Assembly: GCA_964016885.1 (NCBI GenBank) | Contig: OZ024743.1 | Coordinates: 356,872,001 to 356,936,000, forward strand | Reading direction: 5' to 3' | From: Eledone cirrhosa | Taxonomy: Eukaryota | Length of the DNA: 64,000 nt | Shown: positions 15,540 to 30,261 of the stretch, in pieces | How the letters are laid out: every line of letters begins with the position of its first letter | Position numbering within the stretch: position 1 is the first letter of the stretch | Notes under the pieces: generated by a model | Database searches by the model: none | The model's input: only the letters and a program-made list of their open reading frames with translations | Told to the model about the DNA's origin: nothing | Position numbers and translations under genes: made by a program

Positions 15540-16590
15540 GTGTGTATATAACACAAGGCACTGATATTTATAGATACATCGGAGATTAACATTAAACGAT
15601 ACCTTGTTATCCTATATATATATATATTAACAACTAGATCCGAACTAAATCGCCGAATATCCGAACTATATAAGAGTTGCACACAAAAAGTCCATTGGAA
15701 AAAATGATCATAAGCATCCCATTCCTCATCAGCCACACCATGAGCAATTTCTTACATAAAGGTGATATTGCATAACATTGAGCATACATATATTTTGGAA
15801 TGTTATATATATATATGTATCTGTGTGTGTGTGTGTGTGCGCACATTGTTTGATTTAAATGCCGTACAATTAATTGTACGTGTATTTTGTCTCTGCCAAG
15901 TGGTTTTGCATGAGTTCTGCATCTTTTTCGTTATGAAAGACAAAAACAAAATCTCTAGGACTGAGTTTGACTGCTTTTTGGGGCAGTGTTGCCACGGGTG
16001 TATCGGCAGTGCATTCCTCAACTTAAAACATACTATTAACCGTCATTCTCATCACCTTTCCAGCCAATCTTCATCTCCGCATACACATATCGTCATCGTC
16101 GTCATCACCACCACCATCATCATCATCACTATGGTACATCACCCTTACCACGTTTACTACCATCACCCCCCTCAACTACCACCAATAGCACCACTACCAC
16201 TTTAATCATCATCACCATGGTACATCACCCTTACCACGTTTACTACCATCACCCCCCTCAACTACCACCAATACTACTTATAACTAGTAACACCACCACT
16301 ACCAATTTAATCAACCATCGTTGTCATCATCATCATCACTATGGTACATCACCGTTACCAGGTTTACTACCACCACCACCCTCTACAACTACCACCAATA
16401 CCACTAACACCACCACTACCACTTTAATCATCATCATCATCATCATCACGACTCTAATCCACCTCTTCCACTCTATGTTGTTGTTTACGGGCTCATTGCG
16501 ACATCGACATCTCAGCTATCTGAGCCAGATGTCGAGGCGGCAGTGGTGGTGGTCGTCATTGTGATAGTGATATGAGGCTGGCGGTGGCGT

Positions 16591-16646
<56 letters not shown>

Positions 16647-17023
16647 GTGTATGTATATGTATGTGTGCGTGTATGTATGTATCTGTGTGCGTCTATATGT
16701 GTGTGTATATGTATAAATATGTGTGTATGTGTCTGTGTGCGTCTATATGTGTGTGTGTGGGTCTATATGTGTCTGTGTGGGTCTATATGTGTATGTATGT
16801 GTATATATATATGTGTGTGTGTGTGTGTGTTTGTCTGTGTGCGTCTATATGTGTATGTATGTATGTATGTGTATATATATGTGTGTGTGTGTGTGTGTTT
16901 GTCTGTGTGCGTCTATATGTGTATGTATGTATGTGTATATGTGTGTGTGTATATGTGTGCATGTGTGTTAGATTTGATCCGCTGTAATAGCTGTACTGAT
17001 AGGCAGTCTGACATTTATACTAG

Positions 17024-17039
17024 TAGCGCCACCTATAGG
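17024..17039 (-). promoter_or_regulatory. CTCF-like binding motif
   Basis: Minus CCTATAGGTGGCGCTA, close to the CCASYAGRKGGCRSY consensus, in a unique island between microsatellites. Confidence 0.5.
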
Positions 17040-17122
17040 AAGCCGCTAATTATCGCTTGCCGCCTACACTACACCACTCACTGTCTTGCCTTATTATCGG
17101 TGACACTGACAAATTTTCCTAC

Positions 17123-17272
17123 TTAGTGGTGGTGGTGGTGGTGGTGGTGGTGGTGGTAGTGGTGGTGGTGGTGGTGGTGGTGGTGGTGGTTGTGGTGGTA
17201 GTGGTGGTGGTGGTGGTGGTGGTGGTAGTGGTGGTGGTGGTGGTGGTGGTGGTAGTGGTGGTGGTGGTGGTG
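17123..17272. repeat. (GTG)n microsatellite
   Basis: Direct reading. Confidence 0.95.
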
Positions 17273-17429
17273 GAGATTGGAGTATGGTTGGGATAGTTTT
17301 GTAATTTATTTATAGTGGTTTTTGTAGTGGTTGATTGGTATTCAAGGGGTGGGAAGTAAGGGGTGGGGAATAGGGGGTCAAGTTACTTTGCTTACATATA
17401 CATATGTGGTGATACATGTATGTGTGCGC

Positions 17430-17479
<50 letters not shown>

Positions 17480-18160
17480 CTATACACATATTTTTTGTGT
17501 CTGTGTGCGCGTGTACTTTCATTATATTTATATTTTATTTTGTATTTTATAATTCTCTTTTTTATCCTATTTATTTTATTTTTTATTTGGCAAGGGTTTG
17601 TTTTATTTTGGCTAGAGTTTAAATTTAGCTAGTCCCTGTAAACTGATACACACACACACATACACACACACACATATATATATATATATACATACACACA
17701 TACCAGTGCAACACCACACCCTTTTTAGTTCAGAACACTCTCTCTCAATTCATTTTATCAGAACAAACTGAAGTCTGCAGACCATTACGTTCATATTTAT
17801 GTGTGTGTATGTATGAAGTTTATTGAGGAGTGGCTCCTTAGCGCACCATATCTCTCTATATATTCGGAGGTGAAAATGTCTGGGTGTGGTTTCGGACATC
17901 GTAGAAATTTTCAGTTCAGTTTGAATGGTTTCAAGTTCCACTTAAAGTCCCATACCTAGGCGACCAAATCTATTTGGTTAGTCTGAGCCTGACGTCGAAA
18001 ATTTATCATTTAGCACATACCACAATGTGTTGACGGTGTTACAAGTTATCCCTATATAGGTTTACATAGAATAGTCAACCTATACATCACACTTGTACAC
18101 GATGATTTCAACCGAATGAAATAGTTCTGGTCCGCAATAGAAATCATTAACACCTACTGC

Positions 18161-18422
18161 CAGAGGCGTAACTAGGGTATAGCAAGCATGGCACGTGTCA
18201 TGGGTACCACATAAGAGGGGGGGGGGGGTCATTTGGACTAGGAGTCAAATAAGCCTCGCTGGAGAGTGACAATCAGAACTCCTTCAGATGCATGATCTGT
18301 CTCTGATTATCATGGACACTATGGTGGCTGGATCATTAAACCATTTATATATAGATAAAAATACAGTCCTGGACAGGGCACTAATTTCACTGCTTGCCAT
18401 ATTTTCCCTAGTTATGCCTCTG
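18161..18422. mobile_element. hAT-type MITE inserted in an RTE remnant
   Basis: TIRs cagaggcgtaactaggg / ccctagttatgcctctg; flanks cctactgc / cctaacgc (6/8). Confidence 0.75.
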
Positions 18423-18430
18423 CCTAACGC

Positions 18431-18780
18431 CACACTAAATTCCTAACTAAGCTCATTACCTACTCTCACTTTACTTATAGCACCTCTGTACATGGATTGT
18501 GCTGCTCTCACAAGCCACTCTTCTACACTAAATTTCTTTAAAGACCACAACATAACAGGTTATGATACTCTGTCAAAGGCTTTTTCTAGATCTACAAAGG
18601 CTAGCTTTATGGTTTGCACTTAACTAGGAACTCCACGCTAAGAAGAAAGCATCTCTAGAGTTCCTTCCTGGTACAAAGCCGCTAAACTGCATCTCATTTA
18701 ATTTGATTCATTCTTCTCTAATTAGTTGTGGTAATTAATACTCTCTTCACAACTTGATCCAAAAGTTTTATGGTTCAGTT
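18431..18780 (-). pseudogene. RTE-clade LINE reverse transcriptase remnant
   Basis: Minus translation LAFVDLEKAFDR and MYRGAISKVRVGNE, with stops. Confidence 0.7.
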
Positions 18781-18784
18781 GTTA

Positions 18785-18834
<50 letters not shown>

Positions 18835-19062
18835 GTTTTACTTTGGGAGGGTCATGCTGCCAATAAAAACACCCCCACCTGTTGGTTTTCACTCAATTTA
18901 TTATAAATTTCCGGTTGGTTAGTTCAATAATCGGATGGTTGTTTATATATTGTCAAATCTCTTTCGTCTCACATTCTGTGACCTCCTCAGTGACTGATTT
19001 CTTATTTTGTATCTCTCCTTTGTTCTGTCCTACACCATCTATATTTAAATATATATACATAT

Positions 19063-20123
19063 ATATTCATTAGTTAAGCAAAACAAGACCACAAATTTGA
19101 CAAGGAAGACATTATAAAAAGATTGTCAACATATTTTAGTTTGATGTAAGGAATGTAGAGAATAATATTAATAATAATTGTTTCTACTTTAGGCACAAGG
19201 CCAGCAAATACCAATACATTACTGGTACTTTATTTTATCGACCCCGTAAGGATGAAAGGTAAAGCCAACCTCGGCGGGATTTGAACTCAGATCGTAAAGG
19301 GACGTAACTATGCTGGAAAGCATGGCGTCCGACCCTCTGCCGATACCGCCAATCCTAATAATAATAATGTCCGTTTACAATTGTTTCGCTACTCCATATA
19401 ATATTTCTGGATCAGATGACTACATATCATAATTGATCTGGTTCAGTTGAAACACCCACAATTTCTAATCTCTCGAGAAGTTACTTCCCCTGAAACCACC
19501 CTCTAATTAGTAAGGTAAATATGCCCTTTGGCAGCCATCTTGTTACCCATAGGCAGATCTCACACAATGCAGCCTCGACAGATGAATACTGCTTGATTAT
19601 GGCTGACAACTGATGCAACCAAGACACCATAGTAAAAACCAATATATGGAACATTATATTATGTAACATTATCTCATTATTTTAATTTTAATTTATATTC
19701 CTTTGAAGTTCCGATGAGTCACTCTGTTTTTTAAATATGTTAATTATTTTCAACTGAACCAGATCAATTATGATATATAGTTATCTGATCCAGAAATATT
19801 ATATGGAGTAGCGAAACAATTGTAAACGGACATTATTATTAGAGAGTCGGACGCCATGCTTTCCAGCATAGTTACGTCCCTTTACGGTCTGAGTTCAAAT
19901 CCCGCCGAGGTTAACTTTGCCTTTCATCCTTACGGGGTCGATAAAATAAAGTACCAGTAATGTACTGGTAATTTGCTGGCCTTGTGCCTAAAGTAGAAAC
20001 AATTATTATTAATATTATTATTATTCTCTACATTCCTTACATCAAACTAAAATATGTTGACAATCTTTTAATAATGTCTTCCTTGTGAAATTTGTGGTCT
20101 TGTTTTGCTTAACTAATGAATAT
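19063..20123. repeat. Long inverted duplication (arms 19063-19452 / 19748-20123) containing a SINE and a hammerhead half
   Basis: Arms are reverse-complementary with a few substitutions and small indels; spacer about 295 bp. Confidence 0.92.
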
Positions 20124-20278
20124 TTCCAGCTCTGCGCACCTAACTTCTGCATGAACCCAACCACCTAGCTGCTTTCTACTGCATATTGCACATGCCTTTA
20201 CGCTTTGGCTTCTAACTAACTCACCAATCTCTCCTCTCCTATCTCCATCTCTCTCTTTAAGATTGGTTACTCTTGAAC

Positions 20279-20404
<126 letters not shown>

Positions 20405-20915
20405 TATATCCACGCTATTAGCCGTTAAATCCTGGAGGTGTTGGGGTATATGGGTGTCGTTGTTACACACGGTATTTAAACCGGATGGATCTATCCCTCG
20501 CCAGATCAGAAATGAGCTGATTTCTTCTAGAGCAATAGAGATATGGTAGGAATGGGGGAGAAAGAATTGAACTGATCCCACAATTGAACTTGTACTTTAT
20601 TTATTGACCTCAGCAGGATCTGAACTCAGATTTCAGAGAGCGGGAACAAATACTGAAAAACTTTCAATCTGACGTTTTAACAACTTGGCTACTTCAAAGT
20701 ATATAATTTAGCTGTGTGTGTGTGTGTGTGTGCGCATGCATGTATGCCTGTATGAATGTGTGTGCTTGTATGTGTACATGCGTGTTACTAGGTACATGTG
20801 TATAGTATATCTGTGCAAGTGTATTGTATGTGTGTGTGTGCGTATGCATGTATGCCTGTTTGAGTGTGTGTGTGTGCGTGTGTATTGTATGTCTGTGCAA
20901 GTGTGCGTGTGTGAG

Positions 20916-20949
<34 letters not shown>

Positions 20950-21129
20950 TGAGATAGATAGATATATAGAGAGAGAGTGAGGGAGAGTGAGAGAGAGAGA
21001 GAGAGTAATATAAGAACATATTGTTGTTTTGTTATATTAACATGTAAACATTACCACACTTCCTAGATTTCCTTGTAACAGCTGCAGACAATGGTGTGTC
21101 TCTTCCTAACATGAAGTAATAACACTACA

Positions 21130-21620
21130 TGTCTGTTAGTGTGTGTTGGTGTCTCTCTGTGTGGCTGTGTGTGTGTTGGTGTATCTCTGTGTGTGTGTGT
21201 TGGTGTATCTGTGTGTGTGCGTGTGTTGGTTAACACACGCACTACATGTCTGTTAGTGTTTGTGTTATCTGTGTGTGTGTGTGCGTGTTGGCGTATATGT
21301 GTGTGTGCGTGTGTGTGTTGGTGTATCTGTGTGTGTTGGTGTATCTCTGTGTGGTTCTGTGTGTTGGTGCATCTGTGTGTGTGCGTGTGTGTGTTGATGT
21401 ATCTCTGTGTGTGCGTGTGTTGGTGTATCTGTGTGTGTACGTGTGTTGGTGTATCTGTGTGTGCGCGTGTGTTGGTTAACACACACACTACATGTCTGTT
21501 AGTGTGTGTGTATCTGTGTGTGTGTGTGTGCGTGTGTTGGTGTATCTGTATGTTAGTGTGTGTGTTGGTGTATCTCTGTGTGGTTGTGTGTGTGTTGGTG
21601 TATCTGTGTGCAGGTTTGTG
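21130..21620. repeat. Degenerate GT-rich minisatellite (gtgttggtgtatctgt units)
   Basis: Direct reading. Confidence 0.8.
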
Positions 21621-22299
21621 CATGTGTGTGAGGGCTTGTGTATGTATGTGCAGGTTTGCGTATGTGTGTGACTGTTCGTGTATGTGTGTGTGTGTGTGCA
21701 GATTTGTGTGTATGTGTTTGCGGGTTTGTGAGTGTAGTGTGTGTATTTGTCCGTGTGTGCGTGTTTATCTGCATGTCTGCGTTTGTGTATAGTGTGTATA
21801 TGTGTGTTCCTTGAATTCGCACGTGTTTATTATATGTGCTTCTTTGTGTGTGTCTGTGTATTTGTGTACTGTGTGTGTGTATATGTATGTGCTTATTTGT
21901 GTAGTGTGTGTAGTATGTGTGTGCGTATTTGTGAACCAGAATAAGTAGCACAAGTAATGTTGTCCCTGACTCCAACACTGCTGTAAATCCACCACCTACA
22001 AAGTTGATCTTGGCAGAATTTGAACTCGGAATGCAGAGGACCAGGACAAATACCACAAGGTATTTTGTTCTACAGTCAAGCACCACAGTCAATTTACAGC
22101 TTTTTATTGACAAGAATAGTAGGAAACCTCACCACCACCACCATAACCACCACCACATCCTAGATACCTAGGTTGAGTTTTACATAGCAGCTATCTCATG
22201 CTGCCTATAATTGGAACTTGAGCCTGGATCATATATGAAGGCACATTCAGGTGAACTATGGTTTAACTTTGAATCACTTTGATGTGGTACCTACTACTA

Positions 22300-22856
22300 A
22301 TGTACTGATTGGTGGACTGTGGTATAAAATTGAACTATATTGATGTGGTATTTTTGTGTGAAGCTGGACCACATTGATCTGGTACTTATAACTGACATCT
22401 AGATGTACTGATTGTTGGAATGTGGCGTGAGACTGAACTATATTGATCTGGTACCTATAATAAGACATATAGCTGTACTGATTGGTGAATTGTAGTGTGA
22501 GATTGAACTATATAGATCTGGTACCTATTAATGAGATCTAGGTGTACTGATTGGTGAACTGAGGTGTGAGACTGAACTATATTGATCTGGTACCTATTAC
22601 TGACATATAGCTGTACTGATTGGTGAACTGTGGTGTGAGACTGGACTATATTGATCTGGTACTTGTTACTGACACCTAGATGTACTGATTGGTGAACTGT
22701 GGTGTGAGATTGAACTGTATTGATCTAGTACCTATGTGGACCTCAATGATTAGGTACCTAGCTGAACTATATTGATCTGGTACTTATTACTGACACCTAG
22801 ATGTACTGATTGGTGGACTGTGATGTGAGACTGGACTATATTGATCTGGTACCTAT
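22300..22856. repeat. 69-bp minisatellite
   Basis: tgtactgattg recurs at 22404, 22474, 22543, 22612 and 22681 (69-70 bp spacing). Confidence 0.88.
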
Positions 22857-23413
22857 TGCAAATAGCTATCTAGGACTACTGTATCGAAGGTGTCCTTCCC
22901 TTGTTTCAGTTGGTTGGACACATGATAAGAGTAAGATTTGGCTGCTATTTGTGCTATTTGTAGCAAGCTCCCCTGTTTATCTGATATATAAATGTAGGAG
23001 GCTAAAGTTTCACTTCATTTATGGTTTGAATGCTTGCACCAGACCAAGGTAACTCCACTAAAGGTATCCAGGTGTTGGTAGTGGCGGTTATTAAAGTCAG
23101 TGGTGGTGGTGATTGTGGTCATGATGGTTGTAGTGGCGGTAGTGGTGGTGGTTGTGATGGTAGTAGAGGTTATTGAAGTCAGTGGTGGTGATGGTTGTGG
23201 TCATGATGGTTGTAGTGGCTGTAGTGGTGGTGGTTGTGATGGTAGGGGTGGTGATGGTAGTGGAGGTTATTGAAGTCAGTGGTGGTGATGGTTGTGGGCA
23301 TGATGGTTGTAGTGGTGGTAGTGGTGGTGGTTGTGATGGTTATGGTAATGGTGGTTGTGGTGGTGATTGTAGCGTGGCTTGTTAGGTGTGTGTGTTTGTT
23401 GTATGTATATATA

Positions 23414-23449
<36 letters not shown>

Positions 23450-24124
23450 TGTATGTATGTATGTTTGTGTGTAGAGAAGACACACTTTGTCTGTGTTTGT
23501 TTTGAATAAACACGTTCAATACAAATTAAATACAATGACAATTGCATTACCTGGTCACCTTCCACCACTACCACCACAGCAACAACAACAACTTCGATCA
23601 CGATCACCATCACCACCACCACCACCACTACCACCACCATAACCACCACCATCACCACCACCCCCATCACCATCACCACCACCAGTGTCATTAACATCCT
23701 CTCACAATACACACAGACACACATACATACATACATACAGATACACAGACACACATACACACAAATACACATACACACAGATATACACACCGAGACACAG
23801 ACATACAATCACACACATACATACATACATACACAGACACACACATACATACATACACACACACTATTAACACCTGTATGAAAATCAGATTACACCTTTG
23901 TTGTCTCTGAGGAGTTTAACAACAACGACGACACCAACAACAACGACGACGACACCAACAACAACAACGACACCAACAACAACAACGACGCCAACAACAA
24001 CAACAACAACAACAATTAATCACTAAATAAGAAATTACAAACAAAATTAAAACGAAATAGAAAAAGAAAATAATAGTGTCAACAATGAACTAATCTTTTA
24101 ATAATAACAATGTCTTAATATGTA

Positions 24125-25021
24125 TTGTTGTTGTTGTTACTGTTGTTGTTATTACTGTTGTTGTTATTACTGTTGTTGTTGTTACTGTTGTTGTTGTTAC
24201 TACTGTTGTTGTTACTGTTGTTGTTATTACTGTTGTTACTGTTGTTGTTATTACTGTTGTTGTTACTGTTATTATTGTTGTTATTACTGCTGTTAATGTT
24301 GTTGTTACTGTTGTTATTACTGCTGTTAATGTTGTTGTTACTGTTGTTATTACTGCTGTTTTTGTTGTTGTTATTGTTATTATTGTTGTTATTGTTGTTA
24401 CTGTTGTTGTTACTGTTGTTGTTACTGTTGTTATTGTTACTGTTGTTGTTATTGTTGTTATTATTGTTGTTATTGTTGTTATTATTGTTGTTATTACTGT
24501 TGTTATTGTTGTTGTTTCTGTTGTTATTATTGTTGTTATTACTGTTGTTATTGTTGTTGTTTCTGTTGTTATTATTGTTGTTATTACTGTTGTTATTGTT
24601 GTTGTTACTGTTATTATTACTGTTGTTATTACTGTTGTTATTGTTGTTGTTACTGTTATTGTTGGGAGTGTTGTTTCAGTATTAATATTTGTTTGTTGTT
24701 GTTATTGTTGTTACTGTAGCATTCATTGTTGTTGTTATTGTTATAACTGCTGTTGTTATTGTTGTTATTGCTATTACAGTTGCTGTTGTTTTTGTTTTTA
24801 TTGTTGTTGTTTTTGTTGTTATTGTCATTACTGTTGTTGTTATTGTTGTTGTTACTATTCAAGTGGAGAGTTTATTTGATTTATTTTTCTGTTGTAAAAG
24901 ATATAAAGAAAAGGGGGAAAAAAATAAAATGACTGAGGTTTCTCAGCTAACTGGATTACACTGCCACTTGCCACATTGCTCGTTATCACAATGAAATTAG
25001 CTGGCTACTAATTGTATTACA

Positions 25022-25076
<55 letters not shown>

Positions 25077-25290
25077 TTACTACTACTATTACTACTACTA
25101 CTGCTACTACTACTATTACTACTACTATTACTACTACTACTACTACTACTACTATTACTACTACTTCTACTACTACTATTACTACTACTATTACTACTAC
25201 TACTACTACTACTACTATTACTACTACTATTACTACTACTACTACTACTATTACTACTACTACTATTACTACTACTACTACTACTACTAT

Positions 25291-25330
<40 letters not shown>
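24125..25330. repeat. Trinucleotide arrays (TTG/TTA/CTG)n 24125-24860 and (CTA)n 25015-25330
   Basis: Direct reading; source of the poly-L, poly-Y and poly-V ORFs. Confidence 0.95.
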
Positions 25331-26212
25331 GTTAATGATGATACCTCTATGATGATGGTGATGAGGATGATAATGGTGATATTCATCTTATTGATGATGA
25401 TGATATTCATCATGTTTATGATGATGATGATGATGAAGGCAGTGATACTAATTAAGGTGTTGACGATAATCACAATGACTGTAATTATGGCTTCCGCTTT
25501 AGGTACAAGGCCAGAAATTTGAGGGTCGGGATTAAATTGATCTCAGTACTGAACTGGTACTTTATTTTACTGACCCCCCACCCCCCACCCAAACAGCTGA
25601 AAGGCAAAGTTGACTGACCTCAGCAGGATTTGAACTCAAGACATAAACGGCTGTAACTAATTACCGTGAAACATCTTGACTGATTCTCTAATAATTCTGT
25701 CAATCACCTGCTCTAATTAGCTGTGATAATGATTGTAATGATGATGATGATGATAATGATGTGAGTGCGAGTAATACTAGTTATGATGATGACGATGATG
25801 AGAATCACAATGACTTTAATAATTATTGTGGTGATGATAGTGATGATGATGATGATGTTGTTCTTTAACCCAAGGTCAGACGTGATCAAGCAGAGCTATG
25901 ATTAAAAGTTTCCCAGCCATGACCTTTCTATCCTTAGTTGTGACATCACCATTTAACATCTATTTTCCATGCTTGCATGGATTAAATGGTTGTTGTGTGC
26001 TGAGCTAGGACTGGTCAGATGACTAGGTCTCGCTTGTATATTTGTATTGGCTTGGTTTCTACAGCTAGATGCCCTTCCTAACATCAACCACTTTACAGAG
26101 TGTACTGGCACTATTTTATTACAGCACTTGTTTTCAGGACCCCAACGGCTGAGCTCTGGCCGTTTCGACAGATATATATATTGAAAATTAGAATTGGTGC
26201 TCTGAAATAGCG

Positions 26213-26452
26213 ATATATATATGAATGTATATATAGTGTATTTTGCAATTCACTGTATGCTTAATTAAAAGCATTTCGAAGACCTTACGCTATTGTTTTA
26301 GAATAGTGACAGTCTCACTTACTTTAAATTTTGCTGAAAATTTAAAGTAAGACTGTCACTACTCTAAAACAATAGCGTAAGGTCTTCGAAATGCTTTTAA
26401 TTAAGCATACAGTGTATTGCAAAATACACTATATATACATTCATATATATAT
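26213..26452. mobile_element. Fold-back palindrome with half-hammerheads
   Basis: About 118-bp arms around loop 26333-26336; right arm GAAA(26388)-tgctt ttaatt aagca-TA-cagtg; TA flanks. Confidence 0.8.
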
Positions 26453-26584
26453 ACACATATATATGCACATTTCTCCTAAATGGTTGAGTGAATACACACA
26501 GTTTTCTAAAAAAGAAAAATGTCTTCCGTTCCTTCATCTTCTATCTCTCTGTCTTTCTATTTCATCTTTTATTTCTCATTATAT

Positions 26585-26619
26585 CTTCTGATGAGAGACT
26601 AGTGTCCAAAACGTTAATA
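26585..26619 (+). ncRNA. Degenerate hammerhead (G12 to A)
   Basis: tt-CTGATGA-gagac tagt gtcc-AAAA-cg-TT-aa. Confidence 0.4.
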
Positions 26620-27069
26620 CTCTTTTCCTGCTATATCAAGTGTTAAACTAATATATTTCTTCATTGTACTGCTTTATTATTTCTGTTTACCTTTTGCATA
26701 TACTCACACACACCCACACCCACAGATATATACACCCACCTACTCAGGCACACACACATATAAACATACATATATCTGATTGTGTATGTATAACAAATCC
26801 ACTGCTATGCTGTCTTTCTCTCAAACAGACATACACATATGTAGATACACAATCTATGTGGGACATATTGGAATGCTGACATTAAAGATAGACTATATAC
26901 TAGTATGTATATTCATGTCAATGAAAATGGTTATGCATATATACTAAATATCTATCTGTAAATAGTGTGTGTGTATGTAACTAGGACTGTCAATTGCCTT
27001 AAATTGAATATAATACATGTAGATTAAACCAAAGCCAGCCACAAACCCAAGCAAATGTGAATATGTGTG

Positions 27070-27128
<59 letters not shown>

Positions 27129-27153
27129 ATGTATGTGTATATACACACAGATA

Positions 27154-27640
27154 CGAGGTTTGTCAGAAAAGTTCCAGGACTGATGTCACAAAAGATTTAT
27201 TTCAAACCCAAACTTCACACATAAGAGTTTTCTCCTTCAAAGTAATCCCCCTGGAGTCTAATGCACTTTTCCATCCTTTTCTGCCACGCTTGCATACACT
27301 CCTGGAAGGATTCGTCCGGGATCCTCCGCAATTCTGTCGTCACTGCCTTTTTGATGTCGTCCATGGGTCCCCTCCGGGTCGTACTCGAAAATCCATGACT
27401 CATCACCGGTGATGACTGTCCCTAGCAAGTCTGGTTCGGTTTCAAGACGCTCGAGGATGTCCTGGCACACTTGCATGCGTTGACCCTTCTGGTCATCGTT
27501 CAGCAGTGTTGGCACCATCTTCGCACAGACTTTCCGCATGTCCAAATCTTCAGTGAGAATCTTCCAGAAGCTGTCCCGATTCATGCCCAGCTCATTTGCC
27601 ATCAGTCAGCCAACGATCGCTACGCACCATCTACCTGACG
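27154..27640 (-). mobile_element. Internally deleted mariner element
   Basis: TA-cgaggtttgtcagaaaagttcc terminus; KVCAKMVP and VITGDESWIFEYDPE fused to C-terminal RMEKCIRLQGDYFEG. Confidence 0.88.
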
Positions 27641-27674
27641 GGCTTGTACATACATATATATAGTGTTCCTGCTC

Positions 27675-27733
<59 letters not shown>

Positions 27734-27759
27734 CAATACAACGAGAGGAAACGTAATAG

Positions 27760-27803
27760 TACCACTGATGAGGTCACAGGTGTGTGATGAAAGAACTTTG
27801 ATA
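27760..27803 (+). ncRNA. Hammerhead ribozyme (near complete)
   Basis: tacca-CTGATGA-g gtcaca ggtg tgtgat-GAAA-gaac-TT-tgata in a short island between TA tracts. Confidence 0.55.
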
Positions 27804-27995
27804 GACTATGTATATATATTTATATATATATTTTTAACCGTTGGTCAATCAATGATAAACATTGATTGCCAGATAAATTAACTAAAGGGATATAAAAGAT
27901 ACAGAAGCGAAAACCAATCCAAACCAAACAGTGAGTGTATTTTATTATTATTTCTGGCAATATTATGACAATATGACCCTCCCCAAATATAACAA

Positions 27996-28039
<44 letters not shown>

Positions 28040-28190
28040 TAAAATGACATTAAATGATGATGATAAATATACATGAAGAATATATATACATGTATGTGTA
28101 TACTTTACGTATTTTATATCCAGGTGCTGGGTATGTAATATTTATTGTGTATAGTGTTCACTCATAATCCCACCAAAACCACCCATACAT

Positions 28191-28253
<63 letters not shown>

Positions 28254-28374
28254 CAGAGTAAGAGAGAGGGGGAAGGAGGGTAGTAGGATAACACACAACC
28301 TCACCATGACAGAAACCTTCATGTTTCTCTCTACCCAGACAGGCTGGTCAACTAATATGTGTTACACATTAATA

Positions 28375-28568
28375 CACCATCATCATCACCATGGTCAACA
28401 CTACTTCTACCACCATCATCATCATCATCATCAACAGCATCACTATCTACATCCATCAATCTTCATCAGCATTATAACGACCACCACCACCACCATCATC
28501 ATCAACATCACCACCACCATCACCACCACCATCATCAACACCACCACCATCATTATCAACACCACCAT

Positions 28569-28600
<32 letters not shown>

Positions 28601-28893
28601 CCATCACCACCATCATCATCAACATCACCACCACCATCATCATCAACACCACCACCACCACCACCATCACCACCATCATCATCAACATCAACACCACCAT
28701 CATCATCAACACCACCACCACCACTATCATCATCACCACCACCAACACTATCATCATCATCAACATCACCACAATCACTATCCTCATCCATTACTCTTCA
28801 TCATCACCACCACCACCACCACCACCACCACCACCCATGTCACTTCCTCTGTGTTAGTCTCTCTCCCTTTCTTCAACCTCAAGAGCTTTCAGT

Positions 28894-28950
<57 letters not shown>

Positions 28951-28989
28951 ATGTGTATGTATATATATATCTGTGTCTGTGTGTATGCA

Positions 28990-29083
<94 letters not shown>

Positions 29084-29160
29084 CACATATATATATATAT
29101 ATATACACATATACATATATATATACACATATATATATATATATATACACATATACATAT

Positions 29161-29191
<31 letters not shown>

Positions 29192-29280
29192 CACACATAT
29201 ATATATATACACATATATATATATATATATATATACATACACATATATATATATATATACATACACATATATATATATAT

Positions 29281-29349
<69 letters not shown>

Positions 29350-29364
29350 TATATATATATACAT

Positions 29365-29415
<51 letters not shown>

Positions 29416-29488
29416 CATATATATATATACACACACACATATACACACACACACATATATATATATATATACACATATATATATATAT

Positions 29489-29519
<31 letters not shown>

Positions 29520-29660
29520 CATAAATATATATATACACGCATATACACACACACATATATATATATATACTCACACACACATATATATATATACATAAAT
29601 ATATATATATATATACACACATACACACATATATATATATACATATATATACACACATAT
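28375..29660. repeat. Compound (CAC/CAT)n, (GT)n and (TA/CA)n microsatellites
   Basis: Direct reading; explains the 726-aa pseudo-ORF. Confidence 0.93.
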
Positions 29661-30221
29661 CAAGACAGTCACACTATCTGTACACCATCACCACTACTAT
29701 ATTTTACCAGACAGTACTCTACAGACAAACTCTACCATTATTCTCTACTCCATCATCATCAAACTAGCACATGTAATTCATTTCCCTTTGATAACCTTTC
29801 TTACACTTTACTCTCACCCCCCCCTCTTACCTCACCCTCTCACACACCCCTCTCACCTCACCCCTCTCACCTCACCCCTCTAACACCTCTCTCACACACC
29901 CCTCACACCTCACTCACACCTCTCTATCACCTCCTCTCTCTATCACCTCCACTTTCACACCCTTCCTCATGTCCCTCTCACCTCCCCTTCCTCCCACCCC
30001 TCTCCCACATCCTTGTATATACTGCTTCCTCACACCCTCATGTCCATTTCTCCCTCCAGTTACAGACACACACACACACACACACATGCACTCCAGACAA
30101 ATGCAAACACGCACACACATACACACACACATTCTATCCTCCACCCTCAAGTCACACACACACACATATACACACAAACTCACACATGCACTCATGTACA
30201 TACACACACTCTTATACCCGG

Positions 30222-30261
<40 letters not shown>

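Noticed and set aside
22300-22856. CRISPR-like array
   Set aside because: Contiguous tandem units without unique spacers, no cas genes, eukaryotic context; the same holds for 63105-63434.
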